A stretch of DNA of 53,637 nucleotides from Perkinsus chesapeaki ATCC PRA-425 (taxonomy: Eukaryota > Protista > Perkinsozoa). How positions within the stretch are numbered: position 1 is the stretch's first letter; the number at the start of each line of letters is the position of its first letter. The position numbers were made by a program, and so were the translations under genes. The stretch spans positions 1-53,637 of the forward strand of contig JAAPAO010000200.1 of assembly GCA_013115145.1 (NCBI GenBank). Direction: 5' to 3'. Of the stretch, positions 1 to 11,553 are shown piece by piece. The notes under the pieces were generated by a model that did no database searches, was not told where the DNA came from, and saw nothing but the letters and a program-made list of their open reading frames with translations.

Positions 1-677
1 AACTAAGATACAACAACTAGCATTGTCGTAACGAATCAACAAAACTCTATTATTGTCTCTAGGAGTGACAACGGCGGTAGCATCTGTAATTATCCGAGAA
101 GTACGTAGCGCGCGCCATTGTAATCGATATACTTTTTGCGCACCTGAGAGGCGCGTTGTTTCTTATTTAAATGTCTAGGCTTGTACCATCTCTTCGACAC
201 TTCCAGTGGCCGGTGAGTGATTTCTAAATAAAATGGCCCCTCTACTTGCTGTTGTCAGCCACCTCCTGCTGACGAGATATCTCCTGTAGGACTACAGACT
301 AAAGCGTAGGGATGATGTTTAATCGATTTTATGGCGGGCAAGAAAGATTCCTAGGTTAGCTGGCATCGATGGGTCCTATAGAGTGAACGGCTTCCCGGGC
401 AAAGAATCTGGGAAACTTATGCTTCGAGCTGAGATATCCACTATTGGTGGTAATGGGCCTGAATTAGTGTGCCCAAGCTGACCTTATTTGTATCTTATCA
501 TTCAGACTCTCAAGAGGTCAGTAGTATCTACTCAGTAGGCTCGAGCGCCCCTAGGGACCGGTTGCTGGATAGTAAATGTAAATGCGGTGCAAAGGAACAG
601 CTAATTGCATGCAAAGTAGCGCTCGTAAATTGACCTAAGTTAACCTATGCACAGGGCCGACTTGAGAGACTCACTAG

Positions 678-2897
678 GAAAGATGTAACAAGGAGACGGT
701 GCGCGGTTAATAGAGGGAAGCTGGCTGCGGCAGGGTGCGGCTTTTGAAGGGGGCGGTTGAGGAACTTTTAGGCAAGCTGCTCTTCGAATGCTCTCGGATG
801 AGTTGTCGATGACAATTATCGAGGCAGAGGAAAACTGCAAAAAGTGGATAGCTGCGGTTAAGGAGGAAAGCAGAGTCTTCAGTAGTACTGGGAATTGTGC
901 AAACCCTCTATAGTGGGTATCATGTATGAGAATGTATGGATATTAAGTAGAAGACGCTGCGACGGAATCTTCGGTAGTTAGGGGAGCGAGCGGTATAGAG
1001 GATCGTCGGTAGTATGGGGGAAGGAGAGGTATAGAGAATCGTCGGTAGTACGGGGGAAGGAGCGATATAGGTCTCTTTTATTTCCTGATGCCCTTCTAAA
1101 CCTGTGGATCATTTGATTCTTGCGCGCCTCAAAATAAAGATAGAATTTCGTCCTATATATTTTTTGATTATTTTTAAACCTTCCGATACAATACTTTGAC
1201 ACGTAGATCCCTCAGGTGACCTTGGGGCTCTTAAAGCATCTTTGGCGAGTCGGTCGGAGTCCTTAATTCAGCACAGGACCGAGGTTCAGTGCTCGCTAGC
1301 TCCGTAGTTTACAATTTCCTGTCGCAGTTGGAGTCGCTGCGGGATAGGGAGGCAGCAGCTCAGGATGAGCTCCGAGATAAGACACAGGACTTTATTAGCA
1401 ATCTGAGGAAAGCTAGGAGTGAGTTACGTGTTGAAAGAGAGAACGAAGATAAGGTAATAGTGGGAACGGTATTGGGGACAAGCACGATTCATGGCGACAT
1501 GCAGCTTTGTACTCGCGGGCATTAACTTTTTTTCATTTTGGCTAATGTGGGGTTTGCTTTGATACTTTACGTATCTGAATAGATCTCGAAGGGATGAAAA
1601 AATAATGTTTAGGTGAATCGTGTCCAGCAACCGTTCCAATCAGTTTTTGGCAAAATATAATGTTCCTGTTTCGTAGCGGCTTTGGCCATGACACGCAAGC
1701 GTCTTTCTTTAGCTCATAGTTTCCCTGTCAAGTGCGAAGCGAGAGTTGAATGCCAGGAAGGAAAAGATTCAAAATGATCGGAGGGCTCTGGAAGCAGCTC
1801 GAACCGATCTTGATGTCTACACTAGTGTCATTGAAGAGGTAGGAGTCAGTTGCAAGCAGGCAACGGTGAAATATACGATCGGGGAAATTTTGCGGAATTT
1901 GGAAGAGTCAGTTGTGGCTCGGTGGAGAGAAACGTTGGATGCGGAGCCGAAAGGGTTCTATATCGACCGAAACCTTTATTCTTACGGAACATGTTCCTAG
2001 AAGCTTGAAAGGGGCACGTCGTCGCGGAACACGGCAGCCGTGTATGAATGATACCTAATTGCTACAAAGAGGAGCAAGGGCTGGCAGTAGCTTCAAAATT
2101 CGGGGACAGCAGATTGTGTGCGGAGAGTTCCTTAGGTGCCAAGTATTATAATCGACCTCGATATGGCGGAGAAGGATACGTTGAGGGAGGTACAATAGCT
2201 CTTGTTGGAGATGATAGTAGTTGATAATGTCAGACGGCAGAGTATTCGGAGCGGTCAGCTAGGTTGATAGAGGAAATGAAGGGTATTGACTGTCGCATTG
2301 AGGGGTTGAGAAAATGTAAAGTGATGGACGTTAGTGCTAGGAAAGAGTGCCTACAAAGAGAAAATAAAGTAGGCAGGGAATGGTCGTGAAATTTGGAGGC
2401 TTCGAGATGATGCGAGTCTGAAGTCGTGGTGGATTGGTACGTCGAAGCTGCCTCAATTAGACTCGAATGCTGCTATTAGAAAAGGTTAACGCCTAGGCCA
2501 ACATCAATTTCCAGTTTTACGAGTTTTGGTGTAAAGGTTTTTACCATTTTACTTGTTAACTTTTTAGGAGTTGGATCGGCTGTCGGAGCATCTGAACGCA
2601 ATGCAGAGATATGTAGCGGAGCATGAACATCGAAGAGTTAGCAGCGACACGGCCAGATCTGACGTGAGGGGTTACTGTGGTGAGCGGGGATTTGATGGCA
2701 GTTAAAAGAAGAAGATGAGGAGCTGATTGAGATGGAAAAGGAGATACGGAAGAATACGAATCTGATGAAGGTTAATTCTGAGGAGTAGTCTCCTTTACTG
2801 CTGGAGAATGCAGGTTAATGAGCGTGAGCTTGAATCCATGATGGGTAGGAGCGATGCTTTGAGAAAGAAGCTTAGAAGGATTGAGGAGAGGAAGAAG
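678..2897 (+). CDS. Multi-exon hypothetical coiled-coil protein (boundaries approximate)
   Basis: Several short E/K/R/L-rich open segments bounded by AG/GT: LRMLSDELSMTIIEAEENCKKW (~780-865), FLSQLESLRDREAAAQDELRDKTQDFISNLRKARSELRVERENEDK (~1310-1452), RKEKIQNDRRALEAARTDLDVYTSVIEE (~1755-1838), VNERELESMMGRSDALRKKLRRIEERKK (2814-2897). Start, stop and full exon chain not resolved; no family recognised. Confidence 0.45.
971..1070. repeat. 35-36 bp tandem repeat, about 2.7 copies
   Basis: The core TCGGTAGT recurs at 971, 1006 and 1042; unit approximates AAGGAGAGGTATAGAGAATCGTCGGTAGTACGGGGG. Probably intronic. Confidence 0.8.
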
Positions 2898-3377
2898 GTA
2901 ACCCTCGCTCCGACATTATCGAAGGAACGGCAGCTAAATGCCTCGAAGATTCCGTCACAGAGATACGAGAAACATGTTGAATTTGTGGCGCCGCCAGAGT
3001 TGAATAATCCGCGCTATAATCTATTGCTTGTTTGGCTGAGCGGACGGGCCGCACAATTCTTTCCGCTTCGGGATGGCCAAAATCGTCGTAGTGGCTTATT
3101 TTGTTTGGAGTAGGTATTCCAGATGGAGAGCAAGCGTAAGAGAGAGAGCATACGGACGTGAATGAAGACACTATTGGCTGACACTATTGGCACACACGGA
3201 CACTATGTAGCATATTATTTTTGCAGCATATTGTTATTTTTGTAATCATGTGCAGTGGCATGGCAGTCATAAGTGCTCCCTTGCTCAAATGAGTTTTCCT
3301 TCTCTCTCTGAGATTGAGTTGCGAGGGAAGATCCACGGCGATGGCTATTCAGGCTTACTCGCTATTGTCTCTTGGAA

Positions 3378-4401
3378 ATGTCGGCGATCTTCGATGACAT
3401 GTTTGATGTTAAGAACATCGATGATGAGAAGTTCGATCGAGGTGAGTCGCCTCTCTTTGAGAATCTGCCCGACCCCTTTCCGTTCGCTCCTTCTTACTCT
3501 TTTGATTTCCAGCACTTGTTTCGTTTCGTCTCCGTTTGATTGCTCCTTCCTCCTCGTTTTACTATTCCCTTTCCTTTATTCAAGCTTGTTTATCAGGCAT
3601 TTACTGCTGCCCTTGTTCATGTTCGTTCCTTGTCAGTATCTCGTATTAAAGCCCAATCACATACATATAACGCCGATGTCGAAGTGGATATAAATACGGA
3701 GATTTATCCCATCGGCAAGAACGATACAGTAAGTCATCGAGAGGGGTATTTCTGAGTAGCGGAATCCTGTAGTTGCGAATCGCTATTGCCTCTGCGGCAG
3801 ACGCGACGGAAGGGTATCAGGGTGAGTCAGCTCAGCCAGGCATTATTGATGATTACGAGTATGCCATGTACGGGAAGGTAAGATAGATGTGTAAGCGAAA
3901 TGCGGAGGAGGAGAGTTATTAGGTTTATAAGAAGATGAACAAAACAGTCGGCAACGAGACGGTGGCCTCGCGCACGATCATGTAAGTACAGCCGGATGTG
4001 TCGTTTGTGGGGGAGAATCTTACTTGCGCCAATTTCGTATTGAAGTAGTCGAGGTCCAGACGGACAGGAATTCATACAAATCCAACTGGAATCAGACGAG
4101 GTTCTTCTCTATTGAATTAACCCGTGAGTTTGCACATCGGGGGCCCGCGTTTTCGGATGTCACGTATCGTATAGGGCATCCGATATTCTCCTAAGGAAGA
4201 GCTTTCACGGTACTTGGCCAACTTTTCTGGGGTTCTCTCATTCCTCGGTGGCTTGCTACTACTTTGTGCTGTGTATTCGCCCCGTGTAGTTACGTATCGT
4301 TCGGTGGACTGTTGATGAAGCTAGAGGCGCAAAGAAGTGATGTTGACGAATCCATCCGACTCGACGATCGACTCTACTTACTGATAAGGAAAGTTTACTA
4401 G
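3378..4401 (+). CDS. RPB8: DNA-directed RNA polymerases I/II/III subunit RPABC3 (RPB8), 5 exons, 143 aa
   Basis: Exons 3378-3441, 3637-3728, 3773-3877, 3923-3981, 4290-4401, all GT-AG, total 432 nt in frame. Translation MSAIFDDMFDVKNIDDEKFDRVSRIKA...DINTEIYP...DDYEYAMYGKVYK...YVSFGGLLMKL...LYLLIRKVY* carries the RPB8 hallmarks FDRVSR, YEYxMYGKVY, SxGGLLM and YLL. Confidence 0.97.
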
Positions 4402-4892
4402 ACGGCAACAGCAGCAGCTCATATTGCCGATACCTCTCCCGTACGGGTATGTTAACGTTCCTTCAAGGGAGACAAGTATTGTGTTACAGTCAACTCTAGC
4501 GAAAACGCGACGTTGATAAATTCAGCGAGCGAATGGTTATCCCGTAGACAGGCCAAAGCTGGATGCATAAAGCTACCGTACGTGCATTTTCCTCATCCAA
4601 ATCACGACAACGCAGTTATCTCCACGAGTATTTATGAAACTGTATATTATTGACATTTCAACACAGTCCTCGCATGTCGGTCAAGTGAGTACAATATACG
4701 TAGGCGTATAATCAACTGATTTATGTTAGACTTCCAATGAGAAGTGTGTACTGTAACTGTTGCCAGATAATGCTCCAAAAACCTGTATTTTTCGCCCAGT
4801 GCTTCCGGAGTACTGCAGCAGAGTCATGTTGAATCATTTAGTTCGTCTGATGATGATGCATGACCGGTTAGTTCATACTTCACGCTTAAAGC

Positions 4893-5435
4893 ATGCCCTT
4901 CTTGCGATACGACTTAGTACACGAATTCCATAACCATCACACTCATCCTTCTCACCCTCATAGCAGCAGTCATCATAGAGGCTTGCTTGGTGGGTACTTC
5001 AGCGATGAAGCTAGATATCACTTGAATGAGGCAAAGGGCATGTCTGAAGCTGCTATTGAGGAGATGCGAAATGTTCAGCTGCCGAACCTTCTTGTGAGAC
5101 CGGGGGGGATTTTCTCCATCTGCTATCGCTAATACCCTTTTTATGGCCGGTCCCGCTTGTTTCGCACTTACTGAAGATCCATTTCCTTAATACCCCACCC
5201 TCCCCCTCGACTCTCGATTACATCATCATGAAGTAGTCGAGCTTATTTGTGTTCTCAGCGTGCCAACAAAGTGTTATCCTTCATGAATGATGCTCATCGG
5301 CCAGAGTATTACTGGCCCTACCCTCGGTCTGAGCCGATACAATTTGCTGACAAGGAGCTTTCCTTAGGGATCCCTTTGGATAAAGCAAACAAAATACAAG
5401 TAAATTCAGGATCTCCGCCACGGGAAATGCATTAA
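4893..5435 (+). CDS. Small two-exon hypothetical protein with His-rich N-terminus (~125 aa)
   Basis: ORF 4893-5093 ends at a phase-0 GTGAG donor; the acceptor TTCTCAG at 5258 joins in frame to RANKVLSFMNDAHRPEYYWPYP...REMH*. The segment HEFHNHHTHPSHPHSSSHH is His-rich. Confidence 0.5.
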
Positions 5436-6748
5436 TGCCGCGCGATTTCAAGAGCTGACCTTGTGGGCCCGCTTCAACAGAGATAATGTGACTGCTTTGT
5501 GGACAGTCTGCTGTCTGCGCCAAACGGAGCTCTTCAGGAGATGATATTAGAACACCCGACGGACATGCTGTCACTAACACCGCAGAGTCTAAGTACGCTC
5601 CAAGCTTTTGCGGAAGTTAATGAAGCTCGCCGCACTTGTGTTTATTTCCTGTGAAGGTATGTATTGTGTGCTAGTGTCTCCACCCCGACATAGCCCAATC
5701 TATGAAGGGCTTATGAACATCGTAACTTTCGGTTCGTAAGTGACTTTGACCGCTCAATATAAATGGGGGAGATATTAGCAATACTAAGAGCCACATAAGC
5801 GAAGCGGCTACAAGCATTATAGCGGTAACGAGAAAACACACTTTGAAACGACTCATGTAGCAGCTAAACTCGGTCACGAATCATGACACGATTTTTCGTA
5901 TCCTTTCTCCGGGATCTTCATGCCAGTGGTAACATTCCAGTGGGTAACCGACAGGTTTTACCATTGGTCACCTATTGGTCACGGGTCTCTTCGAGAGATT
6001 ACTTTGCGGAACATTAGTTAGCTCACATTAAGGTTACGCTTATGACTGTCTCAGCTTATGTCGTTGACTGGAGCAGATTGCTCGAGCAAATAACATAACA
6101 GTCTCTTAATGAGGCGAACTTGTCTCAGGCAACATTGGTTCATCGTTGTTCGTCGGTTTCTAGAGGCAACTCTCCTTTGATCAATCTCATAAGTAACTCA
6201 ACACGTTTTGTAAAATGATTATTATAATGAGATTATGACGGTAACCACGGAGAGATCACCGGGACGGAGATTATCCTATCCAAAGAACTCATCTACGTAC
6301 TTGCACTCTCTTCAGCTACAATGGGAACTGCAGGCACAAGTGAACAAGTTGGATTCGACAAACGATTGACCAGCCTATGGTTCTACTATGGCGTTCCGAC
6401 GGAAGCGCACCGAGCCTTCTCGGCTCTGGGTACTGCTCCCCTGACGCAACACGAGGCGACATAATCAGAACAGATAGGCGAAAACAGATGAGGAGCAGCA
6501 AACGTTAATAATGCCTGAACATTTGTATGCACGAGCAGCACTGTTAGAGCAGATCGAACATACACTCTACTCGGGCTTAATGAAATAATAAAGAACAATA
6601 CATAAGAAAGTCTTAGTACAGGTCAGCTCACTCATGAGAGCAAAGGCACAAGTATAAGGGAGGAGGACAGTGGCAAGGACAATATGCGCAAGGGTTTACA
6701 TGGGTGTTTTCAGGTCATTACTATTTTCTTGTTGAACACCACCATCAG

Positions 6749-6852
6749 TACTGAGAATGACGGTAGTGCAGATGACAACAAGGATGATGTACTTGAACAT
6801 ATTTAGGGAACCGGTAAAGGAGCCTGAAAATTATTCCTGCGTATCATGAACC
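6749..6852 (-). repeat. Copy 1 of a ~104 bp duplicated segment encoding a signal-peptide-like start MFKYIILVVICTTVILS plus upstream sequence
   Basis: Aligns by eye with 8125-8227, including the shared block AGTGCAGATGrCAACAAGGATGATGTACTTGAACATA; minus-strand ATG at 6800. Confidence 0.85.
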
Positions 6853-7461
6853 CATAGTTGGATCTGTTCTGTAACATAAGATTCGAAATTTTAGAGAACA
6901 CTCAGCATGAATAGAACATAAAAACGGCACAGCTGCGCTACACAGCTGTGATCCGAAGGCGCACGTTATGAGCCGCGAGAGGAAACACATTGGCATACTT
7001 TGGGAGACCTCCGGCAGGCCAGCGGCAGAAGGGTTACTCCCTACACACTCATCGGCCATGCTTTCCTTCGTATATTTGATACTAGTAAATTTAGCTGTGG
7101 GAACCTCCTTGGGCGAGACTAGGTGCAATCTAGTAGGTGACGCTTACGGTTTAGCTCTGGTCAGCTGGACGGAGTGGTGGAGGTGAATTCCTCACTTGAG
7201 AGGTTTGAACGCCGTGTTTCAAATACTGAGCACGTTTACAAAACTAGAGTTCTCGTAATATCGCGTCCAATAATGCCCATGGCTGCGAATATCCTACTGA
7301 TAATCGACAAACCTGATACCTTCCATTAAGCAACCTCGCGTCACGCGAGTCGCGTGCAAGCAGAACGCAATGCCTCGGGTAAGGCCCTATGGAACCAACA
7401 ATGTTCGTCGTTGGAGTTCTCCAGAGCATCTTTGTTCTTTTAAACTTCATAGTACGAAGAT

Positions 7462-7959
7462 ATGACTTGCCGTCGTACGGCTAAACCCGCCGATAAGCCA
7501 TACTCCGTTTGGTTGAGATGTGTATTGCTTATTATTCCTTATGTGATGATGACTGGATTGAAGGGCTGCGGTGATCCAAAGTACTCGGTTGATATTGGGA
7601 AGTATGAGGGTATGCGCGAGGGGGTTCGTTATGATGCCTATGTATACGGGGCGTCGAGTCACACCTTCTCCGTGGCTCTCACTTTCACAACCGACGCTGG
7701 ACCTTATACCTGTAGAAGCGACTTCCATTACGACAAGTTCGCACGAGCTTATACCCCCGACACCGACGGATGCCTTGACGATCTACTCGCTCATATAGGT
7801 TTGCCGTATTTACTCTGTATAGTCGAGTTCACCGCAGATGATTCAAGCTCTTCTTCTGTTACGCTGAACTTAGGCAGATACAAAACTAAGCTTTCTAAGA
7901 TCGAGGATGACGAGACTCTGAAAGAGGTGGATCACAGCATATCAAAGACTGCAGTGTAG
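7462..7959 (+). CDS. Hypothetical secreted or membrane-anchored protein, 165 aa, intronless
   Basis: Intact ORF with N-terminal hydrophobic stretch (VWLRCVLLIIPYVMMTGLKGC) followed by a beta-rich, Cys-containing domain; no family recognised. Confidence 0.6.
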   Translation: MTCRRTAKPADKPYSVWLRCVLLIIPYVMMTGLKGCGDPKYSVDIGKYEGMREGVRYDAYVYGASSHTFSVALTFTTDAGPYTCRSDFHYDKFARAYTPDTDGCLDDLLAHIGLPYLLCIVEFTADDSSSSSVTLNLGRYKTKLSKIEDDETLKEVDHSISKTAV

Positions 7960-8124
7960 AAAGGCTCGATATGAGAAGTCATGAGACTCAATAGTATCTA
8001 TTGAATAGTTTCCATCTTGGTCCAGATGACACCGCCGAGTTGCGTAGTCAAAAGAGAACCGTCGTTAACTCCACAGTAAAGTTAACTAAATGAACGGGGG
8101 CCCATTGTTTGTCAATCTCCTTCA

Positions 8125-8227
8125 TACTGAGGGTAACGCTAGTGCAGATGGCAACAAGGATGATGTACTTGAACATACTTAAAGAACCGGAAAAGGAGCC
8201 TGAAATCGTTCCTGCCTATCATGAACC
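8125..8227 (-). repeat. Copy 2 of the duplicated signal-peptide segment (MFKYIILVAICTSVTLS)
   Basis: Homologous to 6749-6852; minus-strand ATG at 8176; unspliced ORF is only 42 codons. Confidence 0.85.
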
Positions 8228-9449
8228 ACGATTTGCAATCTCGCTCACGTGAAGTATACCCACTAGGCCGAGGCGGAGTGTGTGTATGAGTTTATACGCC
8301 AAAATTGGCTTAGTAAGACTAGGGGCGGAGGCGGAGCCGCTCCATGGAAGAAATACTTGTTCGCCAAAAGTGGGAAATCGCACATCGACCCGATGGTTAC
8401 ACTGCACAACGCGTTCTTAATACGACGTCAAGAACACAACGTTGATTGGGACCGTTGAATAGCCCGTCCCAGAATCTGCTATATTCTACGGCCCTCGAGG
8501 GCTAGACTCTATCAGTCTAGCCGGCCTTTCCAGCTGGAGCGGATCAGTGAGGCGTGAGAAGCGCCATTACCTTTAGTGGGTTAGTTTGGTAGCCTCACCT
8601 CCTGAAAACGAAGGTATCATCAATACGGTATGAACGTGACATCAGTCTTGTCATTGATTCGTCGGCCTCGATAAGAAGTCTCTCAAGCTTCATGTAATGG
8701 CTTCTGTACGCGTTCTGGTTAGGATTCCTAACTTAGGAATTCACCTCGAAACGAGTTAGACAGCACTCTCTCATTGCGGGTCGCGACGTGTGCTCAACTA
8801 GGGCCTTCCCAATAAAAATAGTGCCATGTTTTCAGCTGAGCTCTAACTCGCGGACATCCACCATCTATACGTGATATGAGAAATCGAGCATGAGACGCCT
8901 TCTGGTTAAGGAGAACTCTTCAGAACTCTTCTTAAGACGTGGAAAAAGCCCAAGTGGAGCAGAATTGAATTCAACAACGTAAAACTTAATGCTTCGTTTT
9001 AGTGCTTGACGACCTCACTATCCGCTGCTATGTGACACCGATAACTAGCGGTATCAGATCTCATCACTCGGAGCTACATAGAAGGAGCTATAAGTTATAT
9101 ATTCCACTCGTCCCGAACCACCATATGTTCCCCTAGGGACGTCATATGACTTGTATCTCGGTTGTATGGCTCAACTTCACCAAGTGTGAAGCTGAGAAGG
9201 TGAATCACATACCAAGTAGGTAGCGATCAGACCACTTGAAAAAGACAGGGTGAGTCAATTTCGACGGGTCGTGCCAGACTTCTCTTAACTCACAAAATGA
9301 GTCCACCAGTCACGTGTGATCGGTATGAGGGTCCATCACAGAAACAGCTGTGAAATCTTTGGTGTAAATTGGTAACTGGGTCTGCTCGCGATCTACATGT
9401 AATATGAGTGTCACTTTCGGAAACACAACCATCCAAAAACAAGTAAAAC

Positions 9450-10160
9450 TCAATCGTTCTCATCGCGGCCAACATCATAAAGATTCTCAACATAGTTTTT
9501 CTTCTCTCGCCGATGCACGACATGCTCTGTGTGAGAAAGCTGCGTCTCCGAGAACTTCGTAAGCACTTTACGGACGGCCCCTAGTCGGGAGCAATCCGTC
9601 GAGACCGCGTCAAGGGCAAAAGCGATGGCCTCCGCAGTGGACAGCAGACCCGCGTTGGCCAATGGCTCTTTGCGGATCACAAACGCGCCCTCGTTCTTCG
9701 GTTTTAGCACCCATTTGTGCTTAAGGCCGACCAAAGGTGGTGAGGACTTGTACATCTCCTTCGCATACTTCCACGTTGCGTCGACAAATATGAGATGGCG
9801 TATCTTTCCTTCGCCTTGGTAAGTGCAGTCGACCTGCTCCGCATCATCCGTGGGGTAAATAAGTGCACATTCGTCTGGCTTGTCCAGTACAACCTTCAAT
9901 GGCGAGTCTGCGGGCATGTTTTCGCCGATTAAACGTCGACCAACCACGACATGGACGCCTTCAAGGCACTTTGTCGCTACCAAATCGACAGTGCGATTTT
10001 TTCGTTTTTTCTCGCTGGGATGCATCAGGACCACGACAGAGTCGATTCCTTCTGGTAAAGGTAGGCGTTGGGGAGGGAACGAAGAGCACATGCAGACGGA
10101 CGCGGGCCGGTCACATCCAGAACAGATTACTCGACGCTTCTTGGGGAGAGGTTCGGACAT
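9450..10160 (-). CDS. DTWD2: DTW-domain protein (tRNA-uridine aminocarboxypropyltransferase, DTWD2/TapT-like), intronless
   Basis: N-terminal CxxCxRPxxxCxC (CSGCDRPASVCMC), LMHPSE, ALIYP, LIFVDATWKYAKEM (DxTW motif), FVIRKEP and LSTAEA, in the order known for the DTW family. First ATG at 10160. Confidence 0.92.
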   Translation of the reverse strand: MSEPLPKKRRVICSGCDRPASVCMCSSFPPQRLPLPEGIDSVVVLMHPSEKKRKNRTVDLVATKCLEGVHVVVGRRLIGENMPADSPLKVVLDKPDECALIYPTDDAEQVDCTYQGEGKIRHLIFVDATWKYAKEMYKSSPPLVGLKHKWVLKPKNEGAFVIRKEPLANAGLLSTAEAIAFALDAVSTDCSRLGAVRKVLTKFSETQLSHTEHVVHRREKKNYVENLYDVGRDEND

Positions 10161-10184
10161 TGTAATTAACTGAAGGATCAAGTA

Positions 10185-10305
10185 TGATAGGGAATATGTT
10201 ACTAGCGATACGGAGGAGATATAATAGAAAGGAGTTTGATAGGAAATATGTCACTAGTGATACGGAGGAGGAGAAATAATAGAAAGGAGTTTGATAGGAA
10301 ATATG
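10185..10305 (+). repeat. 52-55 bp minisatellite, about 2.3 copies
   Basis: Units begin TGATAGG(G/A)AATATGT(T/C)ACTAG at 10185 and 10237; a third, truncated unit (TGATAGGAAATATG) starts at 10292. It is the reverse complement of the array at 53518-53637. Confidence 0.9.
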
Positions 10306-10465
10306 ATACCGGAATGACGGAATTGTAAGTCTGCCTCATAGGTGTGCCTGACCTCATTATACGATTATACCTGATTATAACCTGACGCTTCATAGATACG
10401 CACTTGAAGCACACTCGAATCTACACGTGGAGTATAGATCCCTTGTTATCATATATCGCACTTGC

Positions 10466-11068
10466 TCAGACTTGCTGTTCTCTGTCTCGAATCGCTCGAC
10501 TCATCTGACGTACTGGATAAAGTGAGGAGATCCCGATCGATTTCGGAGTGTCTAGCACAGATGAGTCAAGCTTTCCTTGTTGATTATAGCAATTATAGGA
10601 TTCAGAATTGATTCTAGCATCGCATTTCAGGTGTAAAGAACAGTTCTGGAATCCGAACGACCCCATTATTGAACAATGATTATTTACCATATTAATACAT
10701 TTCAGAAGTATAGGGATTTGGGTGGTTTGAGTTAACATGGACCCTCTGACGCCCCTTCCATAGACTATCTCCTAATACGACATTCACTGATGAGACCATA
10801 CATCAGAGTCATGGTACACAGCATATATGGAGGCAACCAAGATGCCCCCCGTACCCTTCGAGAAAAAATTAACCTTAAAATGCGTATCCAGAATCACCAA
10901 GAGGAGGTCTCCGAACTCGTTTCCGCATACCAATGAATCACAACTCGTTCGTCCTTGAACCAGGAGTTTTAGGTTTGGACTCGTCGGAAGTACAAAAATT
11001 GTCTTTCCCTTTTTCGGCGGGCGCGCAGTTTTGCGCTGATCGCGCGCGCCCAGACATCCGACAGGCAT
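10466..11068 (-). CDS. Possible two-exon hypothetical protein (~185 aa)
   Basis: ORFs 10784-11068 and 10466-10738 join in frame through a 42-nt GTGAAT...CGTCAG intron; no family recognised. Confidence 0.35.
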
Positions 11069-11553
11069 TTTTGTACTATGATGGTAGACATGGATCGATG
11101 GTATTAATGAGGGTAAGAGTGATGTGTTAAGTCATTAACAATGAAGCTGGATAAAGTCAACTTGTGATCGGTTTTATTTTATTCATTTTGCTTGTGGAGA
11201 ACAAAGAAGTAGCGAAGTAGAGGAACCTAAGTACCGAGCGGGGATGAGACTTTTCAACTACTGAGAGCTGGTGGATTTTTACGGGAATGCTATATATCTC
11301 ATTTTGAGATGATCATCTTTGCCGTACGCTCCTACTTTAATAAGACTCTGCAATGTGCTTGTGATGACAAAGGAAATTTCCAGGATTGTACGGTAATGGT
11401 TGTATTTCGTACATGAGGAATTATCTCCTAGTGAGAAGTATAAGAGGATGATGGAGGGCTTACTGAAAAAATATAAGTGAAGTTTGACGGGAAGGGTAAC
11501 AGACATTTCACGACTTCAAGTGAAAGATCTAGCTTACTGTTGTTTTTGAATAA

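Noticed and set aside
3250-3693. 147-aa ORF over the RPB8 5' region
   Set aside because: It reads through RPB8 intron 1 in another frame; the spliced RPB8 model explains the region.
8500-8522. GGCTAGACT-CTATC-AGTCTAGCC hairpin as a terminator
   Set aside because: A single 9-bp stem with no U-tract; intrinsic terminators are not expected in this eukaryotic context.
10185-10305. Possible CRISPR-like array
   Set aside because: The units are contiguous near-identical repeats with no unique spacers, no cas genes are present, and the context is eukaryotic.
10466-11068. Possible non-LTR retrotransposon AP-endonuclease (ILVASIYA...IMGSFG)
   Set aside because: It lacks the GDFN and SDH catalytic motifs, and no reverse transcriptase is nearby.
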